Below, piece after piece: positions 52,487 through 64,000 of a stretch of 64,000 nt of DNA (positions within the stretch are counted from its first letter, which is position 1; each line of letters starts with the position of its first letter). Source of the stretch: Ophelia neglecta (taxonomy: Eukaryota); NCBI GenBank assembly GCA_965285935.1, contig OZ260664.1, forward strand, positions 83,762,001 through 83,826,000, given 5' to 3'. Position numbers and translations under genes: made by a program. The notes under the pieces are model-generated. The model did not search any database and was not told where the DNA came from. It was given only the letters and a program-made list of their open reading frames with translations.

Positions 52487-52787
52487 GGCACCCAGCTATC
52501 TCTCAAGAGCACCCAGCTATCTGGTAAGAGCACCCAGCTATCTGGCAGGAGCACCCATCCAACTCCCAGGAGCACCCAGCTATCTAACTGCAGCAACCAG
52601 CTATCTAACTGCAGCACCCAGCTATCTAACTGCAGCACCCAGCTATCTAACTGCAGCACCCAGCTATCTAACTGCAGCACCCAGCTATCTAACTGCAGCA
52701 CCCAGCTATCTAACTGCAGCACCTAGCCATCTAACTGCAGCACCCAGCTATCTAACTGCAGCACCCAGCTATCTGACAGCAGCACCC
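52487..52787. repeat. 21-bp minisatellite, about 14 copies
   Basis: Unit GCACCCAGCTATCTAACTGCA. Explains the LQLDSWV ORF. Confidence 0.93.
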
Positions 52788-53067
52788 ATGATTTAGTCCC
52801 AATGTAACAGCCAAATCCAGACTTAGCTAGGCGAATCATTGTTCATCAGCATACCCTACAAGTTTCCATTATCAATTATTTCTTACTGAGGTCCCCTATT
52901 GTTATGACATGCCTATATAAAGCTCCTACGTACATACTTTTAGCATTGACGTAAAACATGATATTTATAGATATCGCCTTTGACAATACACCTTACTTTG
53001 TCTGGTAGCCAGCTAATCAGGCTTCTGCTAGAACAAGACATGACATGGTAGAACATGTACTTTACAG

Positions 53068-53333
53068 GCTACACACCGACCATGCACCGACCATGCACCG
53101 ACCATGCACCGGCAACACACCGGCTACACACTGGCCACCCACCAGGTACACACCGGCAACACATCGGCCACGTACCGGCTACACACTGGCAACACACTGG
53201 CCATGCACCAGCCACGGACAGAGAACACCCTGGAAATGGACCGGCAACACACCGGCCACCCACCGGCAACACATCGGCAATGGACTGGCAACACACTGGC
53301 CATGCACCGGCAACACACCAGCCACCAACCGGC
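53068..53333. repeat. Degenerate 11-bp-period CpG-rich repeat
   Basis: CACCGGCAACA / CACCGACCATG / CACTGGCCATG units. Confidence 0.8.
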
Positions 53334-54047
53334 TTTGATTGTGGACAATCTTCACAACAGGCATCAAGAACACCGACTGATTGCATGCTTGTTAGCAAAC
53401 TTTAATGAACAAAGCTGCCAAGCCTTGTATTCTTGTTGTATTCCGTACCTTTCACTCTATCTGTGAGGGCAGGTCTCAGGTCGAGCTCACTACTGCTGTA
53501 TTGTAGCATGTTTAACATGAAGCCAATTACACCCAGAGGAAATTACCTCCAGTAATATGGCTTCACTGTGGCCAGCCCCACTGACAAACAGCAGGAAGCT
53601 GGCACAGCAAACAATCATACTGCAGGGGTGGCTATATTGAGGGGGGGGGGGAGGAAAGGGAAGGGTGTGGGGTGTCCCTGGGCACACTGGAGGAAGACAT
53701 GTATCTATCAGAATTGACAGCCCTAAGCCCCACCCCCCACCGACCCCGAACCCCCACCCCCACACCCCTGACTCATCCCTCCATATCCACTCCAGCATTG
53801 TGGCTGGGATCAGAGGTTGCCTGCACTGCCAGGAGACTGACCATCTCATGGTGTAAGCCTTTTGTTAAGTCAATATCCACTTTAGCTGATTCACCGATCC
53901 CTGGTGACAATGGTGTAGGGCAGGCCTGCCAGGATAATGGAGTGGTCACTTCAGGTGGCATGACACACCTGTCCTCAGAACACTCTACCTGAACAATGTC
54001 AAGATAATGGGAAACACTGAGTAGGCTGGCTAGGGAATTAACTGTTC

Positions 54048-54250
54048 TCCTACTGGCTGGGGGGGGGGGAGGGGGCTACTGGCTGGGGGGGGGGGTGGCT
54101 ACTGGTTGGGGCCTACTGGCTGGGGGGCGGGGAGTATGGGCTGGGGCCTACTGGTTGGGGGTAGGGGGCGGGGACTACTGGCTGGGTGGGGATTACTGGC
54201 TGCGTGGGGACTACTTGCTGGGGGGGGGAATGCGGACTACTAGCTGGGGC
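54048..54250. repeat. G-rich CTACTGGCTG(G)n repeat
   Basis: About 9 units of CTACTGGCT followed by G runs of variable length. Confidence 0.8.
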
Positions 54251-56458
54251 CTACCTGAGGGCCCTACTACAGGCTGGCAAGAGACTGGCCGTCAGAGATT
54301 AATAACCAGCAATAAGACCCCTGTCAAAGAGAGGTTGGTCTGCAGAGGGCCTGACCAGGGAAGTGGCAGGCTAGATCCTGGTATATAGTGAGAACACAAG
54401 TTAGTCTGGACCAGTAAGTCTGGTCAAGTTGGCCAGGTCAAGTCACAAGTGAGCCAGGCCAAGTGAGCCAGGCCAAGTGTGAGGGCCAAGCCATCAGGCC
54501 AAGACACGGGCTCCATTTCATTGAGTTCTCACTGCTGGTGAGCCTTTACACAGGTAAATCATCTGTCACTACAGCGCCAGGGAGCTGTCACTACACAGCC
54601 AGGGAGATGGATAGCCCTGCAGTGTGACTGTCACCAGAGCTGGGGATAGAAATCTACACTCCCCTCTCTCCTGACTACTCTCACTCTCTTGTGACTTGGG
54701 ACCATCATTTGTCATGACCACTCTCACTCCTCAGCCAGGGATGAGAGGAGGGGGAGGGAGGGGGGGGGGTACTGGGTGCTAGCTTTATATACCCATGAGC
54801 AAACATAGACATTGATATGAATACTACCCCCAAACGTGAAGTTCTGGACCAAATAAATACACCCATAACAAGGATTTTTTCTTCAAGTTGACCAAAATAC
54901 AGTGTCAATTTGAAATCCAGTGAGAGTGTCTCAGAATCGCTACTGAATTTAAGCTATAATTTTCATTCATTTCTGGCTGATAGCTACACTTTTTTTCTGG
55001 TGAGGATTGTATGGGAGTCATTTCAGTAAAATTAAACATATCCATCTTAATTAAGACCAGTTATAAGTCATTTCTACAGCTGGAAAAAATAGGGTGCCCC
55101 TAGCGCCAACCAAACGTGGAGGGTTCATGATAAGCAAACCCCTTTTTCACTACCCGCCCGGACTGTGTTTGCACACGAAAAACACATTCCTATCTGTATT
55201 TTATTAATGCATGGGTATACCAGTCTAGCCATGAGACCCCCCCCCTTCCCAGGCTCCTCTGTTAACAAGATATCTGTCAAGAGATCTGTATAGTACTTGG
55301 CAGCTGGGGCAGGCCTGTATCTGTACTTAATTCATGGAACAAGAGAATTCTGTGTTTAATGCCTGGATTTTTTATAATCACTATAATGACCAAAAAATAC
55401 CCTGAATTGTCTGTTTAGAAGTAGACCCTTGATCAATGACAGAAATGGCATTGTTCTGTAGGCCGCAGATAGACGTTACTGCTGAGAGAAAACAAAGGGG
55501 CATTCACTCCATATATCACCTAAATATAACACATAAAAACATTAAACTGGCCAGTACCTACAGCCAATGATACCTGTATCTGCAGACAATGCATGTCAGG
55601 CAGGCAGGCATGGCTGCCAAGGGCTCTGCAGGCCTTGGTGAACTCAGCAGGTACTCCCAATGAATAATATAGATCTCCAATAACTCATCATATCAGAGAT
55701 AAGATGGTATCTACCAGCCTGGCTTAAATTAGACTGGTTATCTAACCACTATCCTGATTGTCAGGCTACTGGGCTGTATCTACCCAATAGATCAGTATAC
55801 TTACCACCATCAGCCAGTGATTTACTCCTCCCATGTCTTACTGACTAGCTTCCAGGGGATAACACAATGACCACTATGTATGTAGTGAGGGCTGTACTCC
55901 CACACAACACTAGTCCAGGTGACTTTCACAGAAAGACAATGTATTATTGACTATCAATGGACTATCCCTGTTGTTCTGCAGTTCTTTATGGTAGGAGAGG
56001 GAGATTTGAGGTATTGTTCACCACCATAACCCTCAGGCCTCAATCCTAGATCACTGCTGTCATACAATATCTCACTGTGGAGGAGGGTGTCCTTTTCAAT
56101 ATACAATTCAAAATGCAGGTTCAGGGATGCACTGATACAAACAATGATCACCAAAAGGATGATCAATGCAGTTGTTAGATATCCATGTTCACACAATACA
56201 GCTTGCTGCACACTGGCCCTGTAATCTGGATACTCTCCAGCAGAGATGGACTCACACCTGACAGAGTGCAGGATAATACCTCCATTCACCGCTCACAATA
56301 ATCATTTTTGTCTAATCCACAGGCCAACTGTCAGCCTATTACTGGGAGCCACCAGAAATCACGCTGGGTTTTACACTACACTCCATCAATCCAGCTTTGT
56401 CTGTGTGGTTTATGTACCATTCAATGGAGGGGTGATAGCCACGTGTGGCGGAGGTCTT

Positions 56459-56629
56459 GGACTGTAGCCCTCCCTGGGTACACTGGGTACACGGACTGTA
56501 GCCCTCCCTGGGTACACTGGGTACACGGACTGTAGCCCTCCCTGGGTACACTGGGTACACGGACTGTAGCCCTCCCTGGGTACACTGGGTACACGGACTG
56601 TAGCCCTCCCTGGGTACACTGGGTACACG
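56459..56629. repeat. 34-bp minisatellite, 5 copies
   Basis: Unit GACTGTAGCCCTCCCTGGGTACACTGGGTACACG. Confidence 0.93.
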
Positions 56630-59600
56630 GTGGCTTACTGACAATGTTTAATGGCCTTCTAGCACACTGGTGACCCGGCTGAGCCTCCCTCACAGAATTC
56701 AATATATCCAATTCTCAGATCACCATAGAAAAAACAAACAGCACAATCTGAGTTAGAACACAAGGTAGATCAGGTAGAGTGGAGAATCCTTCTGGCTGTA
56801 ATATCCTGCTATCCTGGTCTCCAGGCCTGCTGTCCTACACTGTAGATGTGTCACTCTCCACTGGGAGGATCCTGTAAGTTGTAGTTGCTTCCAAACAAAG
56901 CAAAAATGGCCTCAGTAACTGGTTATCTGTCTAATCTCCAAGCATTTGTACAAGACAGCAATGGCTCCTGAGGACAGAGATTTTTTAAAGACAACAGTAG
57001 TTTTTCGCTTCAGTCCACGATTTGAGTAACCATCAGTGGAGCACTTCTTAGCATTGCCTCCCTGACAACTGTGCCACAGCAACTGGCTCCTGCTGCAGGC
57101 AACAAGCTCTTATGCCAGTTGCTTCTGACGGGCAAGTCGCTTGGCCACGGCTTGCTGGGCCACGGTGCACTGCTATGGTTGCACACTGGTGAATTCTGTA
57201 GATGACAGGCTCCAGCTTGTGACCAGGCAGCAGGGACCAGACCGGGCACATTACCACATCATGACCAGTAATAACTCTATACCTCTCTACAGATCTGGAC
57301 TCTGAGACGGACTACTGACTACTGAGGTACATAGATACCATTGATTCTATACAAACCCAGGCAGACCCCAGGCAGGACTGGAGCAATGGGGTTGCAATAT
57401 TCCATATGATACAGCCATCATGGTCAAATGGCTTATGATAAATGGATCAGCTATGATCAATTGACACCCTGCCATAACCTAGTCCAACATACCCTGAAAG
57501 CACCAAGGTCATACAACAGCTTCAGTCCAGGCCATGAATCAGAGCATGACTGGTGATATCTAACAAAACATTGGCACTGCTAAATATGAATATGAATAAA
57601 ACAGGGCTAAGACCATGATTGAGGAGGTGGGTTCAATGTCACTAGATCACAGAGGTGAGCAGGGTGTCCCTGGGTGTCCCTGGGTGTCCCTGGAACAATA
57701 GGGGTCACTGCTCCAGGTGGCTTGGTACCAAGGTGGAGACAGGGTAGCTGTCCCACCCCGTTATTGTACATTATATGTATATCTGTTTACTATTTCCTGG
57801 TCTTAATTGTCTAAAAGTTTTAGTTTCCTTTTCTAATTGTCTAAAGTTTTTAGTTTCCTTATCTGCACAAGATTTTGGTCCCTGATTTTACACTTTGAGA
57901 CAAGCAGGGATGTAGTGGCTGGTCCCTGATTTTGATACTTGGGGACAGACATGGTTGCAGTCCATGATCCCTGATGGATTCTAAGGATACAGTCAATGGC
58001 CCCTGGTGGATTCTAAGGATACAGTCAATGGCCCCTGGTGGACTTGGGATAGTTATATTGTTCTATATAGTGAGAGGACAAACTTTGTCTGCCAAGTCTC
58101 CCTTCCTGGTTTGAGATCATTTCTTTAGTGAATGAAAGGGATGCTTTATTTAGATCAAGAAGTATCCTTGACCAGAGACACACATCAAACACAAGTTGCT
58201 CTCTGGTCCAGCACGCTGCATCAATGTAATATTCTACAAGATGTCATTCTTACCAATCCCTGGAGAAATGACACTAATCAGCAAGTCACATCTAATCAAA
58301 AGTTATCAAATTTTTAAATCTGTTCTGATGAATCTTTAATCAAGTGTTGCATGAGAAGCAATTCTGTCTGGACATTTCTTAAAAGGATAGCAGTGTTTGC
58401 GTTTCTGTGATGTGTGTTAACTTCTTGAGCCATTGCCTGGAGACCTCTCCTAGCATGGCTTACTTAATCATTGAGGGCAGATTGGCCAAAAAAAGGGGGC
58501 TCAAATCTGGCTGGCAAGGTTAGCTAGTAGAGACCCATCTGAGAGTCATGACGGGGTTCTCTGCTGACTCTCGTGGCTTAAGTTTCAATCAGCCTTTCAA
58601 AGCTTTAATAATCCCCTCTACCTAATGTAGCCAATAAGACACACAATCTGCTAGACGGCCTGAAAAAGTAAAATACATTTAGCTGGCTCAAGCATGAGCA
58701 GGAATTCATCTTCAACATCTGTAGGTAATCCCTAAAAGATTTATAAAAAAAAACCTCCCACAGTTCATGTGGAAATAATCAATAGTTTTCATTAGAATTG
58801 ACATCTTACAGACAATTTTTTGTATTTTTTTCCATGACTTAAGAATGCTGGCAGTGGCCTCTCCAGTTTCATGATTTACAAGTTCACTGTTTTTTTGCCT
58901 AAAAGGATCTATCAAATTATCTGCTTGGGACATAGTTCAGTCGGAGATACAGTCTACAAGACTTATTGGCCCCAGTTTTGTGCCTCAAATGCCAAGTTCA
59001 TGGCAATTCTACCCCTTAGGGAGCACAGAGAGAACATAGCTCATTACACAGCAACAGTCAGAAGCAAAAAACTTATAACTTCCATTGCAATCCAATACAC
59101 AGTTATTCAGCAACAAAAATTAAGAAGCCGGCCTTGAAAATAAAGTCTTTATTGGTAAAAAGTGAGACAGACAGAACTGAGATGTGTTTTACATCATAAG
59201 GATTCACCGTGATGTTTGTTTCTTTCTGTGGCTGGTTGACTTTTTTTCCTGGGTTTGGTTGACTGTCCGGAGTGACAAAGACTACATAGTCAGGTGTTAA
59301 ACACACTCTCACTGGAATGGGTTCTAGGCAAATCTGGCTCCCTTTGGTCTCAAGGGCACTGTCTACTGTACAAGGACAAACATTATACTGGGATAACTAC
59401 CCACAAAGGGTAAAAAACCCTCGCTATTCAGTCTAAAATAAGTCCGATAAAAAGCTCCATCTGGATGTGAAAGCAATGGGATAACAAATTAATACATGTA
59501 TTCTATTGAGCATCAAGCACTTAGGGTAAATACCATTTAATGTTGCCAATGATAATGGCTTCTAGTCCACACGGCAATCCGACCATTAAAACCACAAAAC

Positions 59601-59839
59601 CTTAATCCAAGGGAGTTGATGCATTATACATAAACTGACAATGTTGACATTGCACTGAGGGGAGGGCTAAGTGGTCAGGGGGAGGGAGGGGGGTAACACA
59701 ACACTGTTGACTGTGTTCCATGCATGATTTCTTAACCAAATATAATCTGGCTTTCCCAAAATGCATCCCCTTTGGCAACAAAACCATAAAAGTGGATCAC
59801 ATGGGTCATTCAGGGTAAATGGGCCTAGGACAAATGTAA

Positions 59840-59965
59840 ATCAGGTTCAATATTAATACATATCTGGCCAGGCTATGATGGAAAATGATTTTTCTTTTGC
59901 AGATTTTATTTACGGATCATAGCCTGGCCAGACAGTCATGTACATGTATTTATATTGAATCTGAT
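59840..59965. repeat. Foldback inverted repeat
   Basis: 17-bp perfect stem TCTGGCCAGGCTATGAT (59863-79) / ATCATAGCCTGGCCAGA (59916-32), plus outer arms ATCAGGTTCAATATTAATACA / TGTATTTATATTGAATCTGAT. Confidence 0.8.
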
Positions 59966-62235
59966 GAACATCAATTGCAAATGGCACAGAAAATGTTGAG
60001 TAAGTATAATACAGTATTGTAAATCATTCAAGTCCAAAAAGAGCTCTAAATGTTTATATACTGACTCTGTCTTGAGTTGTGCTAATTTTGATCAAAGACT
60101 TCATCAACATCAATATTGTACAGTTAGTAGTGTTGACGATGGCGGGGAGTCCCGGGGAGTGCCGGAGACACTCTTCTGTCTGAGCTGGCGGTATCTCACC
60201 AGACAGCCAATCAGCACCCCCAGCTCCCAGCGTCAAGTCTCACAGAAGACGCACAGTTTAATAATATAGCCTGATTTATCATGGCACAATAGTTATTGAG
60301 AGACTGAGGGCTGATTTTAGGATTCTATTGTTCTATTTACATGGAGTTTTTGACACTTCAGCTGCTATAGAGGATGCATTGTACAAAAACACATCTAATG
60401 ACTGGCACACATCCACAAAGAATAGCTACAGGATTTTCTAATTATCTCATTTTTTCACTCTCAACAAGTGACAAGCCAGATTTTATTATGATGTGTGTAG
60501 ACAGATTAATGCAGCGTAATTTCAATCAAGTTTAGAGCCTGCCTCTTGAAACAGGAAAACATTTCGAGGAGATCTTAATTGGATCTGTTTGATAGAAAAG
60601 TGCCAGGTTTTTGTGTGAGTCATTTGTCCTGAGAGAGCAGATTATGAGGTTCTCCTGAGCTGTTTTGACGGACAGCCCCAGTCAAAGGAGCAGTGAGAGC
60701 CTGCTACCAGACTGAAGGCATGGAGCTGATGATGATCTCATTCTGCCTGCACCCCCTACACTCAAGATAGCTCTGAAATTTAGTAGGGCTAGTATCAGGT
60801 CCCACCACTAGTCCAAGGTGCTCAGGACTATACCACTATACATACTGTGGTGATAGGGGGGGGGGGGGGGGGTTGGGGGGGAGAGAAAGGGGTGAGGTAG
60901 GGGGTTAGATAGAATGTTTATGCTGGGGGGGGGGGGAGGGAGGGAGGGGAGAGGGAGATTGAGGGCAGGAGAGGGGGAGATTGCATTTACTCATTTGTTG
61001 ATTAGTTTCCATTGAACAGTGAAATAGCAAATTTCCAGTCTGATAACAAACTTTTTTTTAGCTTATGTAAAATAATTTAATTACCTGCTAACAAAATCTA
61101 CACAAATTATTTCCAGTTGGTCTGTGGCAAACTGTAATTTACTGATAAGAAGGAACTGCACATCAAACCAAGGGGCTCCCTCACAGCAATAGGCAGGGCT
61201 CTGTAGAACTAAGGAATCTATCCACAAAGTACTAGCCAAGTTTGTGGGAACCTGATCTGTGATAAAACTGCTCTGGAGAGATTAAACTGTGGGTAACAAG
61301 TAGTGGTTGTCAAAGAGGTGAGATCTGAGAGCCATACTGGCAATCTCCCTGCCAGGAGTGGGGGAGGTGATACCATGATGACCCCAGACGGGGCCTAATC
61401 ACAACTTCCTGGCTGTATACATCCTCCAGGCCCGAGGCCAACAGGCATCTCACACAAATGTTATAAATAAAACATCACAACCAAAGACACCAGCAGTTTA
61501 CGAGGACCTCTGGTGTACATTTATTTGCTGGCTGTGATGGGCTACTTGCCTTCTGATGTTTACAATCACGTTTTACACCACAACCGATGATACCCTTTCA
61601 CAAACTCCATGCAACACAGGCAATAAATGCATTTGTTGAAAAGAGGGTTGTAGTGGCTCAAATGGTCCATGCAGGTCTCCGCAGCAATGCCATTATTGGC
61701 TGAAGGAGAAATCCATCATTTGTCTCAAGCAAACATTCACTTGAGTCAGTAATTAGAAGTGGTTCTATCCTTGGAAGATTCCTTTTTAACCTAACATCCA
61801 CACAATAGTGAAATGCTGGTTTACACAGCCTACAGGCCAGACATAACCAGGCTGCCTGACCCTCTGACAGGACATCTGAGGTCAGAAAGGTCAGACAGCC
61901 AGACATAGCCAGGCTTCCTGACCCTCTGACAATAATACCTGAGCCATAGGGTCACTGACTGTACAATATGTACAATAGCGTCTGTCACATGGACCATAGG
62001 ACCACTGGGAGCTTGCTCCATGGACATGCTTCCCATCACCATGGGAACAGACCTCTGCCAAGGCAGCTTAACTAACATGGAAGTTGTAAAGGGTATTTTT
62101 TAAGTCTTTCCTAACATGTAAAATTGAAAATGTGTTATGAGCAGTGAAGTATTTCCTACAATAAACAAGAATGTATTGCCAGTTCCCATACATACTGCCA
62201 TGAATTGGGTTTTATGAAATATTTAGCGCACATTA

Positions 62236-62408
62236 CCGTATTTGATCTAAGAGAAGACTCGCTTCATTTTTCGGGTCAAGGAAATAATGAACTTTTTATG
62301 CCAAACTTAGGGATGCGTCTTCTTTCCAACAATAAGCTATGGATAAAGTGTGTTCTAAACCAAGGGTGCGTCCTCTATTAGATATGTGTCTTATTAGATC
62401 ATTTACGA
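62236..62408. mobile_element. MITE family 3 (CCGTA-ended, TA-flanked type), degraded
   Basis: TA|CCGTATTTGATCTAA ... TTAGATCATTTACG imperfect TIRs, with the internal subrepeat GGGTGCGTC/GATGCGTC. Confidence 0.6.
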
Positions 62409-63737
62409 GTTGTAATTAAACCATTCTGCCAGAATAATTTCATCACATTAGCAATCAGATTCTATTTTTATCATTCAATCAAGTTGAGAACTAATTTATT
62501 AAATAACCCATTGATAATAATTGGTGAGGGTTAAGAGGTGGGTTTTGATGTTAAACACCACTTGAGGGAGCTCCGTGGATTCAATGGTTGGCTATTAAGT
62601 TGATAACTGAGTTTACATTGTCAACCCTGCCTCTTAGACAGTGACATTTCAATGGTTTACAGTGCTGTCAGTCCCTCATTGCAGTAGAGGGTAGGACGCA
62701 ACCATCTCCACCCAGCTCTCCAGAAATGTCCAGCAGAAGTTATGAAATGACACCTCTAGTGGCAGTTAAACACCATAAAAGGTGGCAGTCAGGCTTGCTC
62801 AAGGCAGGAAAAGCAAACAGGGAGTTCAGGACGGGTGATTACACAGCGAGAGATGACATCAAATTGTCAGATGATTCATAGCTACTTTGTAAATATCAAT
62901 AACTGAATCAGGAAGATCAACCATGTGATTCTGTAATGTTAGAGAATGGTATGGAAATCTGGTATAATAACCCCCCCCCTCCCTCGCCCCCTCCACCAGG
63001 CCAAAACTCTTCAAAATTATCTGCATAATTTAGGAAATGGTGCTGTTTGCTGATTGAAATCATCCCTGATGACTAAACTGGACAGTTCAATAGCTGTCAC
63101 CCAGTCACCACAGCTCTGAGATTCAATGCTCATAGACCAGGATCACCCTCCCAGAGATATAAGATATTCTCTCAGAAAAACCCACGTAATCGAATTCATG
63201 GTTCTTAAGGGGGAGTAGCTCTTAGCTCTTATACAATTTAGACATCACTATGGGTAATGGTACATATTATCAGTATTTTTTGTTGAAATGTTTCTTTACA
63301 TTTGCGAGAGCAAGATTTTTTTCCCATTTAGTTCTTTTAGGGAGACCCCTGTTGAATGCTCATTGCTCATTGAAAACTCGTTGCTGATGGACAGACATGC
63401 CGGGCCAACAGGCCAGCATACCTTGGTAATATGTTAATGGAAAGCTGCTAGTTTCCCTCTGATTTGTGGCACAGTAATACCAGACCAGGTTCAAACTCCT
63501 TCAAACCCCTTGAGAGCCAATTTCCATCAAATCAGGTAGCTGTCAGAGATGTTAATAATGCTCTACCTGTCCAATTCCATGAACCTGGCGTTTCCTATTG
63601 GTGGTTTGACAGATTGCCATAAAACCTGAAGCAGATGAAATAACCCTGGTGACTTGTGTTTTTCTCGGCTGTTTCTATTTCTCCTGCAATTTGCTATTAC
63701 AAGGTGTGTGTTTCCTTCACCGTTTCTCACCCAGGTG

Positions 63738-63833
63738 GTTGCCTTAGTAACTGGCACTTAGCAGCAGGAGGGTATTGACTATAAACACAAATCTTAGTTG
63801 TCATAGCAACACATGTACCATTACCATGGCAAC
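63738..63833. promoter_or_regulatory. Cluster of three RFX X-box-like palindromes
   Basis: GTTGCCTTAGTAAC (63738-51), GTTGTCATAGCAAC (63797-810) and ATTACCATGGCAAC (63820-33). Function is inferred. Confidence 0.45.
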
Positions 63834-64000
63834 AAAGCCTGTAATTGAGGGATGTTACGGCTGTGGGTTTCCAGTGTCTCTAAGGTTACCAGAACGGGTC
63901 AAAGTAGCTGGGGAGTGCTTGCCTTTCCCAGGATACCGGGCGGGGTGGGGCCGGTGGGGTGGGGTATGGTATTAGCAAAGCTCCCTCCTTCCTGCATGGA

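Noticed and set aside
34457-64000. CH-domain exons of the navigator gene
   Set aside because: I could not find YTDWANHYL- or ILGLFFSLSRYKQ-like coding sequence. The ORFs at 50777-51048 arise from a 10-bp AGACAGGAAG repeat. The exons probably lie beyond the window, although a manual scan could miss a small exon.
1-64000. Autonomous transposon, viral or nested protein-coding gene
   Set aside because: No transposase, reverse transcriptase or other recognisable domain in any ORF.

Overview
Eukaryotic (invertebrate animal, probably a lophotrochozoan such as a mollusc; the taxon is inferred) genomic DNA lying inside one large minus-strand gene, a neuron navigator (NAV2-like / unc-53 / sickie family). 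Six coding exons were traced by hand with GT-AG boundaries and matching phases: 34456-34299, 22664-21832, 20817-19363, 19103-18975, 18134-17678 and 16280-16103 (3210 nt, about 1070 codons). They carry the family motifs (S)RLPSP, KNSMLDKFKLF and GYMSDGDIL...SGYLSEGG. The N-terminal CH-domain exons and the C-terminal coiled-coil/AAA exons were not found, so the flanking introns are probably >29.5 kb and >16 kb. The introns contain about 25 minisatellites, three copies of a tRNA-derived SINE, several TA-flanked MITEs (one inserted into a copy of its own family) and an unclassified dispersed repeat. The most notable observations are: a probable alternative first coding exon (5045-4945) for an N-terminally truncated isoform; a 63-bp tandem repeat that creates four in-frame, stop-free copies of a 3' splice site; a 14 x 8-aa charged coding repeat; and clusters of RFX and other transcription-factor motifs. 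No prokaryotic genes, CRISPR array, rRNA or true tRNA genes are supported. Almost all ORFs in the supplied track are repeat or antisense artefacts.
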